The notes beneath the pieces are model-generated. The model ran no database searches, was not told the origin of the DNA, and saw only the letters and a list, made by a program, of their open reading frames with translations. The translations under genes were made by a program, and so were the position numbers. Source: a virus. Taken from it: a DNA stretch of 64,000 nucleotides. Of the stretch, positions 1 to 9,125 are shown one piece after another. Numbering within the stretch: the first letter of the stretch is position 1; every line of letters starts with the position of its first letter. The stretch covers positions 32,001 to 96,000 of the IMG/VR virus record IMGVR_UViG_3300042402_002841, one strand, 5' to 3'.

Positions 1-3000
1 CGAACTGCTTGGTTGGCTAGTTCTTCTGTTGGGTAGTCACCGAGATAGTCACGACCACGGTAAGCGCCCCATGACGGCTTGCCACCAACCGTGTAGCGAC
101 GGACATGGTGCTCGTCACCGCTCTTCATCAGGTTGCGAAGGTTTTGTATCGCTGTTCTGCGAGCAAACGCAGTACCCGCATCAACATCTCTGTTCAGGTG
201 CTCGTCTACTATTTGTGTGAATGCCTTGTAGACACCAACTAATTCCATGTGGTTCATCTTGACTGGTAGTTGCTTTGACCGCTCAAGGAAGTCGTCTATC
301 CACGGCAAATCAATTGTCTGACCGTAAACATCATCTCTGATTGGGTTAACGAGCAGGTAATCCCTACTCTCGTTAACCAACTTCATGAAATCGTCTCTAA
401 TTTCTAGGGGGATATCTATGTTTCTATCAAAACTAGAGGCACTCACAAGACCAGTGCGAATACCTTCTGTTGTTGTTCTGTATGGTTCTGACGGGTTTGG
501 CATTTCACCGAACTCTTTTGCGCCCATCTCTTTGCGCTTAGCGTCAATCTTCTTAATTAAGCGTTGATTGCGAACCCGTGATGCTTCTGCGAGCACAGCA
601 AAACGCGGACCCAATACTGGGTCGTCAGCAAACGACTCCGCAAGCCAAGATGCGTGCCCGAATGCTATTGGGTATTCACCCCTTGAGAGTTCCTCAACAT
701 CAATCCAGTTGAATTGGCTGGCGTCGTCGCCTGCCCGTACAACACTTGATTGTTCGTCACTTATGTCAAAACGAATACCCGCAACACGACCACCCTCTAC
801 GAAGCGAGGGTCCCAGTCTCTAGCGTCTATCTGTCCGAGTATTCTTCTGTCGGTTGCGTCTGTTGGTGAGATATTTACTTCTTCAAGCATCTCTCGTTCC
901 GCTGTGTCGTAGAGGTCTTCGTTTTCGTCTTGTAGACCGCCAGGTAATGATAGTGCGCCACGGAATGGTCCTCTTTTGCGCTCAATAGTGAGGATTTCTT
1001 TCTTTCCGTCATTGCGTGTGCGTACAACAACTACATCGCCAGCCATAACCTTGTCGGTTTTTGACAAAGACCACTCGTTTGTTGACCATTCAATGTCGTC
1101 ATTATCCATACTTTCATCATTAAATGCTTCCAATGAGACCTCGTGACGCTTTGCTCTATCTTCTATCCGTGAAGACGAAGCAAGACCACCAATTCTTGTC
1201 GGAATGTCAAACTTGTCTATTGCGTCATTGTCTGAACGAAGTTGGCGTGTGATTGATGAATATCTGTGTGTCTCAAAAGCAATATCGTCAATTGCTCTAG
1301 TCTTTTCGCCATATGTAGTGGCTTGCTCAAGGTTTTGACGGGCTTGTTTCACGCTGTTTAGCGACTCCGTCATATTGGCTGTTAGTACGGCGTTGCGTTT
1401 GTTCTTTCTCACCAGAGCGTCACTACCATCAAAACTTGAACCCAATGTTGGGTGGATAACCCGTGATTGTTCCAATTCAATAACTTCTAGACCGTTTTTG
1501 GTCTTGACGCTCTTGACGGTGAATTCACCCGCAGTCAATGCCTCAATCGGCATATCTACTATTCTTCCGTCTCTGTCTTTGGCTGGCTTGGTCACGGGTG
1601 CGTTTGCTACAGCAACACCTTCACGCAGTTTAAGTACGACATTTTTCTTGGTAGATGACAGACCTGATGAAATAGCGTCTGGTAAAGAAACTAAATCATC
1701 GGTTTTTGAGTATTTTACAATGTCGTCGTAGTTAGGACTAAATGAGGTTAACGGCATTGAGATTACAGAACCAATTTGTGGTTCAAATAAACCAGAACCC
1801 GTGTCAACATTTCTCACCGAACGATACAGTGGTGCGTCAGAGGAGTATCCGCCCTCTGCGATTTCCTTCATTGCGGAAATGGTGAACATAGTAGAGCGTT
1901 GTACTTCTTCTTTTGATTGTTCGTTTGCGCTGTTTACTGAACCCGAAAGCAGGTATTGGTTCGTATCCGACCCGTAAGAGTTGTCCCTATCTTCTCTGTC
2001 AATGCCATCAATGCCCATTATTTGACTTGAAATAAAACGCATTCTCCAGTTTTCTACCCCATCAACCCATTGTTCGTAAACCTTATCCATAGCCAAAGGT
2101 TTTTCGTTCATTGAGAATGTGTAGTCGCCAATTGTTGCTGTGGTTAGTCCGTCTCGTACATACACTGAATCTTTTTGCGAGTGAGCCCGCTGAGCCTTCG
2201 GGAATGAGTCTTTATGAGAAGAAACTCTCTTATCAACACTAGATATCGCTATTTGTTTCTTTGCGCTACTTGAAGCGAGTCCTTGTCTTGCTTCCCACGG
2301 CTTTTGGTACGGAGAAATATCAGGACTTGATTTCAACCCGAAAACATATGCCATTGCGTGTTCAAGTTCTGGTGTTAGATACTGCGCTCTTATGTTTTGA
2401 TTTGGTGTTGTAAAAAGTACATTTAGTTCCGCAAATTGTTCCTGACGGTTGAAGTTTCCGTACTGAACACGAAGCAAAGGCAATAGGTCGCTTGTTAAAA
2501 ACGGATAAAGAGTATTTATTTCTTCAAGAAGGTCATCACCGAAACTTGGTCTCCACCTATCACGACCACTGCTTCTATCTATAAGCGTAGCGGTGTAGGT
2601 ATTCATCATATCTTCAAAGTCTTGGGCTGCCTTATCACCTAGTGTGCGTTGAACTTGTTTTTTTGCGTTAGCAATGATGTAACCAGAACTTTTTGCTGAT
2701 GAGTAAGGAATAAAAGATGTTTTATCAAAGGAATCTTTAATAAACTTTCCAATATTCATTGCTTCTGGGTTACCAGGAAATAGATACGACATTCTGTCGG
2801 CTCTACTTCCAAGAACTCCACTTTTCTTTGCGTAAGAAAGTCCGACCACCCGACTCCAGAAAGAGTGAGCCCATTCGTGATGAATAATTCCTTCTGGTGA
2901 CAAATCAACATTGAGCAAATACGGAGTGCTACCTGGCTCTGGTACACCATAAGCAATGCGATTGTCAGCAGTTTCAAACATTGAAAGATATGGACTTACT

Positions 3001-5672
3001 TCTCCTGATTGTGAAGGACTCCTAAACGGGCTTGAATCAAAGTTTAAAAATATTCCGAAAGGACCCATTGACCACCCACCAGTTTCACCACTCCTAACAA
3101 GGGGTGACAAAACGGTAGGACCTAGTAATTTTTCTAACTCCCGTGCTTGCTCAATAGCATCAGGGTCTGTGCCAATGAAACCCGAAGAACCAAATGTTCT
3201 GATTTGCCAAGCGAATAATGGAGATGCGTCTAACGCTCTTTTCAAATACTCTCTTACCCTGTCAACACCTTTTGGTGAAAAATCAGGAAACAACATACCA
3301 TTAGGAGAACCATATCCAAGAAATTGTTCTTCAAAAATATCTTTCAATACAGCAAGTTGAGTAGGCGTGAATTGCGAAGCGTCTTGACCGTAAAGAAGGT
3401 TCATCAAGAAAAGATTGAAGGCATCAGTCTCGCTTCTTACGGAAAGAATGTCTGAAATCTCATCATTTGTTGCGTCTTTCAGATAATCACGACCACCTAT
3501 TGGGCTCAACTCTGATTCTGCGCTAAACAAGTTCGGTATTATTCTGTCGCCCGAACTGTCTCGTGGAATAGAGAATGACGCCAAGCCTGCCCGTGACTCG
3601 TCTATGCCACCTGCGATATCACGCTCATACGAGTACGGCTTACCGATAATGTCAAAAATGTCCTCCCGTAAGGCAGGGCTAACTTTGTCTCTGAAACTTG
3701 CGTCGTTAATAAGTATGCCCGAAACGCCCTCTGCGAACGCTTCTGCTGGCATTGTTTGACCGTATTGAGTCATTGCGTGTGGATAGCCGTTCCATCTTTG
3801 TTGTTTGCCGTCTGCGACTCTTTTGCCAAACTTTTTTGCGCCGATTAGGCGACTTGTGAACTTATCTTTTCCGACATCTACGCCTAAGTCGCCGAGAACT
3901 TTCCATACACCCGTGAGACCTGCGTCGTGTTCCCAAGTGTTTGAAAACCAGAATGTAGCAAGCCTTCTTACTTCTGGGTCTGGGTGATTGGTTATTGCGA
4001 GTCTATTTATGTAGTGCCCCCATTCGTGAGCAAGTAACGCATCTTCACGAGTGGACATCATAAACTGTTCGGTGTTTTTTAGTTTAGGAGAGTTAGGTTC
4101 TACGGCGTTTGTAATTCTGCCTGCGACAAGTTCTTGACGAACATCTTGGTTCACAATGATTGCTGGGAAGCCTTCTATCATTGACACTGCGTTAGTGTTG
4201 TCGCCGTCGTCCCATTCGGCACCACGCTTGGTAATCAGTAGCGGTGGAAATCCGTGACGCTCTACTGCTTCTCTAAATAGTCGGTTGTTTGCGAGAGCAC
4301 CCGTGAGTGCTTGGCGCATTTCTTCCACAATTACTGGAGAAAAGTCAAGCGCCTCAACGCCGTCTTTTATGACACTCTTTATTGCGTCTGGTCTAACGCT
4401 CTTGTCGTCATCATCAAATGCCATAAGTGCTTGGTGTTCTTCTAACGCAAGCATTGCTTCCGCTATGTTTGACGGCACAATAAGGCTCGCCATTTCTGCT
4501 GGCTCAAGCCCTCTCATACCACTACCCGTGGTGCTCTGGCGATTTCCACTAGACGACGCTAGACCGCCACTGCGAACGCCTAAGAATACGCTCTCCACCA
4601 TTTCAGCGCCTGCTGTATTCAGTAGTTCTCTAGTCTTTTTGTTTGGAGAGAAGTAGGCGGCGATTGACTCTCCTACAAACTCAACGGGTGAGGTCGTGCC
4701 ATAACCTGTCTTGACAAACGGTATGTCATCAGTTGGTGGGTCTATCTTGTCATCACTAATAGAAGCGTCTGCGAAGTATCTGTAAAAGTCTCGCAGACCA
4801 CCTGTACGAAGCGACTCCTCTGTTTGCCATTGTGGCGTAAGGTAAGACCACGAGTCGCCATACAGAAGGCTTGCTATCTGTCTTGTCTCTGCGTTGGGGT
4901 GATAGTCCGATGTGAGCCTATGTAGGTAGTGTCCCCATTCGTGCGTTACCGTATCCTCTGCGCTTTCACCTGTGACCCACCGCTTGACTCCCCTGATAGG
5001 CAGTGCGTTCATAGTGTTCATAAACCTATTGCCACCTACTGCGCCAATCAACTTTGACAGTTTCTTGTTTGTAGATTTTGAGTCAATAAGTATTGAGTCG
5101 GTCATAAAGATACCTGAGAAACTATTGTCACCTGTAACCATTGCTATTGGTGGCGCACCAAACCTGTCCCACGAAGCCCGTAAGGCAGGGCGGTCATCTA
5201 GCATTTTCTCAACTATCTGACGCAGTTCTTCAACATCATCAGCGTCAAACGATACGGCATCATAGAGGTCATCAATTCGCAGTTGTCCTCTACTGTGTTG
5301 TAGGCGTTGCTCTGTGAATGCGATTGGAGTATCAGGCACGACACGCTCTGCTACTTCTCTATTACTAAGACCTACTAGTTGTGACTTGCCATTAGAAAAG
5401 ATACCCGTGGCACCTCCTGCGCTTGCGAGTCCTCCTCTAATTGTTGAGGCAATGTTAGATAATACTGCTGGTCTCTCAAACGGAGTTGAGTCTTGTACGA
5501 GACCGTCACCGTCGCCGTCTTCAGCGTTCGGGTCATAAACCGCTGCGCCTCTTGCTAGTGAACCAATGTTTGCGCCTAGTGCTTTGTACTGTACGCCTTT
5601 GTCGTTATCTCTTGACGAACGACGACGCATACGACTTGATTCATCAGGATTGATTTCATACGAGAAAGGCAT
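1..5672 (-). CDS. Giant multidomain polyprotein (>1890 aa, C-terminus beyond the window edge): DGDGDG tag, three HExxH zincin metallopeptidase domains, an R-S-E ADP-ribosyltransferase-like domain and a Nudix hydrolase, separated by GLAS motifs
   Basis: Translated manually; absent from the ORF track because no in-frame stop occurs before the edge. ATG at 5672 (MPFSYEINPDESS..). HEWGH ~4929-4943, HEWGH ~4014-4028 and HEWAH ~2865-2879 are each followed by YG-x4-5-E-x3-E. ART-like LYR..TSFS..IEALTAGEF ~1520-1830. Nudix box GLQDENEDLYDTAEREMLEE ~877-936. Confidence 0.88.
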   Translation of the reverse strand, partial: MPFSYEINPDESSRMRRRSSRDNDKGVQYKALGANIGSLARGAAVYDPNAEDGDGDGLVQDSTPFERPAVLSNIASTIRGGLASAGGATGIFSNGKSQLVGLSNREVAERVVPDTPIAFTEQRLQHSRGQLRIDDLYDAVSFDADDVEELRQIVEKMLDDRPALRASWDRFGAPPIAMVTGDNSFSGIFMTDSILIDSKSTNKKLSKLIGAVGGNRFMNTMNALPIRGVKRWVTGESAEDTVTHEWGHYLHRLTSDYHPNAETRQIASLLYGDSWSYLTPQWQTEESLRTGGLRDFYRYFADASISDDKIDPPTDDIPFVKTGYGTTSPVEFVGESIAAYFSPNKKTRELLNTAGAEMVESVFLGVRSGGLASSSGNRQSTTGSGMRGLEPAEMASLIVPSNIAEAMLALEEHQALMAFDDDDKSVRPDAIKSVIKDGVEALDFSPVIVEEMRQALTGALANNRLFREAVERHGFPPLLITKRGAEWDDGDNTNAVSMIEGFPAIIVNQDVRQELVAGRITNAVEPNSPKLKNTEQFMMSTREDALLAHEWGHYINRLAITNHPDPEVRRLATFWFSNTWEHDAGLTGVWKVLGDLGVDVGKDKFTSRLIGAKKFGKRVADGKQQRWNGYPHAMTQYGQTMPAEAFAEGVSGILINDASFRDKVSPALREDIFDIIGKPYSYERDIAGGIDESRAGLASFSIPRDSSGDRIIPNLFSAESELSPIGGRDYLKDATNDEISDILSVRSETDAFNLFLMNLLYGQDASQFTPTQLAVLKDIFEEQFLGYGSPNGMLFPDFSPKGVDRVREYLKRALDASPLFAWQIRTFGSSGFIGTDPDAIEQARELEKLLGPTVLSPLVRSGETGGWSMGPFGIFLNFDSSPFRSPSQSGEVSPYLSMFETADNRIAYGVPEPGSTPYLLNVDLSPEGIIHHEWAHSFWSRVVGLSYAKKSGVLGSRADRMSYLFPGNPEAMNIGKFIKDSFDKTSFIPYSSAKSSGYIIANAKKQVQRTLGDKAAQDFEDMMNTYTATLIDRSSGRDRWRPSFGDDLLEEINTLYPFLTSDLLPLLRVQYGNFNRQEQFAELNVLFTTPNQNIRAQYLTPELEHAMAYVFGLKSSPDISPYQKPWEARQGLASSSAKKQIAISSVDKRVSSHKDSFPKAQRAHSQKDSVYVRDGLTTATIGDYTFSMNEKPLAMDKVYEQWVDGVENWRMRFISSQIMGIDGIDREDRDNSYGSDTNQYLLSGSVNSANEQSKEEVQRSTMFTISAMKEIAEGGYSSDAPLYRSVRNVDTGSGLFEPQIGSVISMPLTSFSPNYDDIVKYSKTDDLVSLPDAISSGLSSTKKNVVLKLREGVAVANAPVTKPAKDRDGRIVDMPIEALTAGEFTVKSVKTKNGLEVIELEQSRVIHPTLGSSFDGSDALVRKNKRNAVLTANMTESLNSVKQARQNLEQATTYGEKTRAIDDIAFETHRYSSITRQLRSDNDAIDKFDIPTRIGGLASSSRIEDRAKRHEVSLEAFNDESMDNDDIEWSTNEWSLSKTDKVMAGDVVVVRTRNDGKKEILTIERKRGPFRGALSLPGGLQDENEDLYDTAEREMLEEVNISPTDATDRRILGQIDARDWDPRFVEGGRVAGIRFDISDEQSSVVRAGDDASQFNWIDVEELSRGEYPIAFGHASWLAESFADDPVLGPRFAVLAEASRVRNQRLIKKIDAKRKEMGAKEFGEMPNPSEPYRTTTEGIRTGLVSASSFDRNIDIPLEIRDDFMKLVNESRDYLLVNPIRDDVYGQTIDLPWIDDFLERSKQLPVKMNHMELVGVYKAFTQIVDEHLNRDVDAGTAFARRTAIQNLRNLMKSGDEHHVRRYTVGGKPSWGAYRGRDYLGDYPTEELANQAV

Positions 5673-5678
5673 TGACTT

Positions 5679-5684
5679 ATTGTA
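5679..5684 (-). promoter_or_regulatory. -10 element (TACAAT) of a probable leaderless promoter for the polyprotein gene
   Basis: TACAAT lies 6 nt upstream of ATG 5672, with no Shine-Dalgarno sequence. Confidence 0.55.
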
Positions 5685-5912
5685 GAACACCTATCACGAT
5701 AGTGTATGAAGGTGTTACGAATGACTAGTGATTGTGTGTGTATTTGTTTGTGTGTGTGTTTTTGTTTGTGTCGTGAGCAGTGCCATACGAGCGTGTGCGG
5801 TTGCGATTACGAATCACTCTTAGCACATCTGTAATCGTTTGTCAAGTATTAGGTGAAACTATTTTTTGACCTCGTGAGCAGGTATCGTTATGCCACTGTC
5901 GTTGGCTTGACT

Positions 5913-5980
5913 TTATCCACAGACTTGTTCACAGCCTGTGGATAACTTTGTCCACACCCTTATACACAGCCTGTGGACAA
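5913..5980. promoter_or_regulatory. Cluster of six DnaA boxes (oriC/datA-like element)
   Basis: TTATCCACA 5913, TTGTTCACA 5925, TGTGGATAA 5937, TTGTCCACA 5948, TTATACACA 5960, TGTGGACAA 5972; 11-12 bp period in non-coding DNA. Confidence 0.8.
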
Positions 5981-6320
5981 CCACACTGAGTGGCTGGCGG
6001 TCACTGTCCGTAACCCACATCTCGGGGCTTTTTCTGGACACATAGGGCGCGCGTGGGGGGACCAGTACAGGTTTTTGAGGTTCCCTCATCATCAGAAAGA
6101 TTTATCTAAACCGCATGGGGTCTGGCGTGGTATTTAAGTCGTGTGTGCGGCGAGCGTGTATGACTCTCGTGTCGTAGTTGTTGTTCTCCACTACCGTATT
6201 CTTGCCGTTTTAGCGTACATGGTAGGGATTACAGGGCCGTTTATCCGTTTTCGCATTTTACAGGGACCCCCTAAAATACAAAATAGCGTTGTGTGGTGGT
6301 GGATAAATTTATCTAATGTG

Positions 6321-6349
6321 TTGTGAAAAAACATCATGAATGGTAGAGT
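6321..6349 (+). promoter_or_regulatory. Sigma70-type promoter, leaderless
   Basis: TTGTGA-17 nt-TAGAGT with a TG extension; ATG 6356 is 6 nt downstream. Confidence 0.55.
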
Positions 6350-6355
6350 ATGTGA

Positions 6356-6868
6356 ATGGCTATTAGAACTTTTGTTATTGCAGATACCCACTGGAGCCAA
6401 GAGAGCGTGTGCGAGTATTCAAAGAAGCACGACAACAAGATGCGTCCGTGGGATTCCGCCGAAGAGATGGACGAGGCGATGATTGAGTTGTGGAACGAAA
6501 CTGTGCGCCCCAAGGATAAGGTGATTCATCTTGGTGATGTGTCGCCCTATGAGAGCGGTGTGCGGATTACTGGCTATTTACATGGTAGGCACACTCTAAT
6601 AAAGGGCAACTACGACAGACTTTCTCTTTCACTGTATGCCGAGTACTTTGATGACATATTTGGCTGCTTGTCTCTGGATAGATTTATCTTAAGTCACATA
6701 CCAGTATCCGACCATCAGAAGTACAGGTATAGAGGGAACATCCATGGACATCTTCACTGCGAGTCCTTAGAAGACCCTTGGTATCAGTGTGTAAGCGTTG
6801 AGCAGACAGAATTTAAACCAATCTTGCTTGATGAGGTAAAAGCACGATACGATGTCCGCAATGCCTGA
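6356..6868 (+). CDS. Calcineurin-like metallophosphoesterase
   Basis: Motifs ADTHW, HLGD, GNYD (GNHD variant), SHIP, HGHLH. Confidence 0.85.
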   Translation: MAIRTFVIADTHWSQESVCEYSKKHDNKMRPWDSAEEMDEAMIELWNETVRPKDKVIHLGDVSPYESGVRITGYLHGRHTLIKGNYDRLSLSLYAEYFDDIFGCLSLDRFILSHIPVSDHQKYRYRGNIHGHLHCESLEDPWYQCVSVEQTEFKPILLDEVKARYDVRNA

Positions 6869-7505
6869 ATTAAACGCTAACACGCCACCCATTCACTGTT
6901 ATGTGAGAGGGAACTTCCTGACAAACCAAAAACATAGTCACGACCTAAAGTTTCCTGTTGTTATCTTTGGTGTTGCGTCTATAACCGACAGGGCACCAGT
7001 TTTCCACTTCTTGATGGAAGATGGGGGGATTTGGTGGAGAGCGCCAATTAATGCTTTCTGCATGTACGAGGACAGCCCTATTGTGGACATTCATGACTTA
7101 GTAATGTGGAACTGCTTCTCTCCGTACATCACCGTTACAACATTTGAACATATGCGAGGTAGGTCAATGACTTATGTTGACCGCCACAGAAAAGATGTGA
7201 ATGGTAAGTACATGTTCACTCTTGACTGGCACCACCCAGATAACAACATTGTTGACTCTAATTACTCAATAAATTCAGCCAACCACAAGTGCGGTCATGT
7301 TATTGAGCGTGAAGATGGCAACTTTGCTATCCAACCAAACAATCGTGTCCACCTTTGGGACCCCTCCCACACAACCAAGAAGGGCGTTCATCTAATTGAC
7401 CGTGAAGTAAGTGACTATATTTGGGGCGTAGAAGACGGCTCTAAATGGCTCACCTCTGACGATAATTTGTATCACTACGACATTCAGGATGTGGAAAATG
7501 GCTGA
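6852..7505 (+). CDS. Hypothetical phage protein
   Basis: 217-aa ORF overlapping both neighbours; no motif recognised. Confidence 0.7.
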   Translation: MSAMPELNANTPPIHCYVRGNFLTNQKHSHDLKFPVVIFGVASITDRAPVFHFLMEDGGIWWRAPINAFCMYEDSPIVDIHDLVMWNCFSPYITVTTFEHMRGRSMTYVDRHRKDVNGKYMFTLDWHHPDNNIVDSNYSINSANHKCGHVIEREDGNFAIQPNNRVHLWDPSHTTKKGVHLIDREVSDYIWGVEDGSKWLTSDDNLYHYDIQDVENG

Positions 7506-7701
7506 TTACGATTTTGGCTCCACTGGAATCCAAATTAAAGGCGGAGATTCCTACCATGTTGTTAAAGTCTTCAACAAAGATGAGTGGCTTCTTCTTCGTA
7601 AGCGAGATGGGCAGTTCTATCAGGCTGCATCCTTTGTTTCCCCAGATGAGGCTCGTGCATTTATAAATGCATGCGATTTGACTCTGGATAAAATTAAATG
7701 A
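7489..7701 (+). CDS. Small hypothetical protein (likely start ATG 7498)
   Basis: Overlaps the upstream stop; coherent with the operon. Confidence 0.55.
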   Translation: MWKMADYDFGSTGIQIKGGDSYHVVKVFNKDEWLLLRKRDGQFYQAASFVSPDEARAFINACDLTLDKIK

Positions 7702-7761
7702 AATACGCTGTTTATGTGTATTCAAAAAAAAAAATCTTACAATAGATAAGGAAAATAAAAA

Positions 7762-8154
7762 ATGAAAAAATTACTTGCAGTTGCTCTTATTACATTAAGT
7801 GTTTCCGCTTGTGGAACCAGAACGGTTGTCGTTGAAAAGGAGCCAGAAATTACTACGGCACCTGTTCAGGATGTGCCGCAAAGCAGTTCAGAGAGAGAGC
7901 AAAACTTTCTTAATGGATTAACCTCTAGCCACCCAACACAGGTGTCACGACTTGGTAAAGCAGGTGTGCTGAATCTCGGTCTCTTGACATGCGAGACAAT
8001 TGATGAAGGCTCTACGCTCGCAGATTTTGTTCAAATGGCTGAGGACACTGGTGTTGATGCTGGATTTATTGGTGCACTAATTCGTGAAGCGGTTGAAAAC
8101 TTTTGCCCCCAAAACCAATGGTTTATTGATTCCGCACTAAATAGCGGAGCCTAA
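7762..8154 (+). CDS. Lipoprotein with DUF732-like C-terminal domain
   Basis: Signal peptide with lipobox LSVSAC; EQNFL..G..TC...A..NFCP pattern resembling actinobacterial DUF732. Confidence 0.7.
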   Translation: MKKLLAVALITLSVSACGTRTVVVEKEPEITTAPVQDVPQSSSEREQNFLNGLTSSHPTQVSRLGKAGVLNLGLLTCETIDEGSTLADFVQMAEDTGVDAGFIGALIREAVENFCPQNQWFIDSALNSGA

Positions 8155-8160
8155 AAACTG

Positions 8161-8247
8161 GGAGAGGTGACCGAGTGGCCGAAGGTACTTGTCTTGAAAA
8201 CAAGCGTAGGTTTACGCCTACCGTGGGTTCAAATCCCACTCTCTCCG
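8161..8247 (+). tRNA. tRNA-Ser(TGA)
   Basis: Acceptor GGAGAGG/TCTCTCC, anticodon arm CTTGT-CTTGAAA-ACAAG, long variable arm, GGTTCAAATCC; CCA not encoded. Confidence 0.92.
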
Positions 8248-8251
8248 CATT

Positions 8252-8422
8252 ATGAACAAAGAATACGAACAAGCATTAAAAATGATTGCAGACGCAATCA
8301 CCAATAAAGAATTAACTCCTAAGCAACACAAGATGATGGACGACAAACTTAGGTCTGGATGGCCAGAGTTGTGGCGTGCAGTTCACTATGCTGCTGATGT
8401 TTATAAGGAAAACAATGATTAG
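8252..8422 (+). CDS. Small hypothetical protein (56 aa)
   Basis: Manual translation MNKEYEQALKMIADAI..KENND; below the ORF-track cutoff. Confidence 0.5.
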   Translation: MNKEYEQALKMIADAITNKELTPKQHKMMDDKLRSGWPELWRAVHYAADVYKENND

Positions 8423-8496
8423 TATTCTTGTAGACCTTGAGCCCGTAATCCAAATTTGGGTTTTGGGTACTTTAATATTCTATAAATACATGAAAT

Positions 8497-9021
8497 TTAC
8501 TGGCATTTTTTCAACTGCAAACCAAGCAAATAGGTAACGAGTTCATCCATGCTACGCAAATCAGACTTACTGACAATATAAAAATTGTCGGTCAGTTTCT
8601 GTTTTTTATCATACAGACTTTTTTTAGCCCATCTATTTTTTGATGATGGTCCAACTGCAAGCATCGCTCCAGTCGGTTTGCTTCTGAGTATGTAGGCAAC
8701 TGGCTTAGTTATCTTGTCTTCATAACTACTAACTGTGTCAACAATTGTTGTTGGAAACGGAAACTCTTTTGGTTCCCAGGAAAAATTAATGCTGACATTT
8801 TTTACTTCAAGAACATGTGGGATAAGGTTCAAGATTATGTCCTGCTCCTCAAGTGTCAATTTTCTACGCTCTTCTGCTGTTTTTGCAATTTGAAGTTCTG
8901 GAACCGTACATGGAATACCTCTATCGGTTAAGTATTTGGCAACAATTTTATTGTAAGAGTGACCTTCCGTAAAGGCTTTTATATAGTCGTAAGTCATGTT
9001 TCTGTCCTTGATTCCTGACAC
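8497..9021 (-). CDS. Putative PD-(D/E)XK-type nuclease (likely start ATG 8997)
   Basis: QDII...LEVK motif. Confidence 0.5.
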   Translation of the reverse strand: MSGIKDRNMTYDYIKAFTEGHSYNKIVAKYLTDRGIPCTVPELQIAKTAEERRKLTLEEQDIILNLIPHVLEVKNVSINFSWEPKEFPFPTTIVDTVSSYEDKITKPVAYILRSKPTGAMLAVGPSSKNRWAKKSLYDKKQKLTDNFYIVSKSDLRSMDELVTYLLGLQLKKCQ

Positions 9022-9046
9022 AGTTTATGTGTATTGTTTCATACAT

Positions 9047-9119
9047 GCCCTCGTGGCGCAATGGATAGCGCAACGGACTTCTAATCCGCAGGTTGTAGGT
9101 TCAAATCCTGCCGAGGGCG
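9047..9119 (+). tRNA. tRNA-Arg(TCT)
   Basis: GCCCTCG/CGAGGGC acceptor, CGGA-CTTCTAA-TCCG anticodon arm, GGTTCAAATCC. Confidence 0.92.
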
Positions 9120-9125
9120 CGAATA

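Noticed and set aside
29-5538. Series of plus-strand ORFs (60-134 aa) in the first 5.6 kb
   Set aside because: They are antisense shadows of the long minus-strand polyprotein; Ser-rich and without motifs.
5732-5775. GT-rich low-complexity tract as a possible CRISPR or tandem repeat
   Set aside because: No repeat-spacer periodicity; no CRISPR array seen anywhere in the window.
6141-6400. Two short overlapping ORFs (6141..6326 +, 6191..6400 -)
   Set aside because: No RBS or motif, and they overlap a promoter region; cannot be supported.
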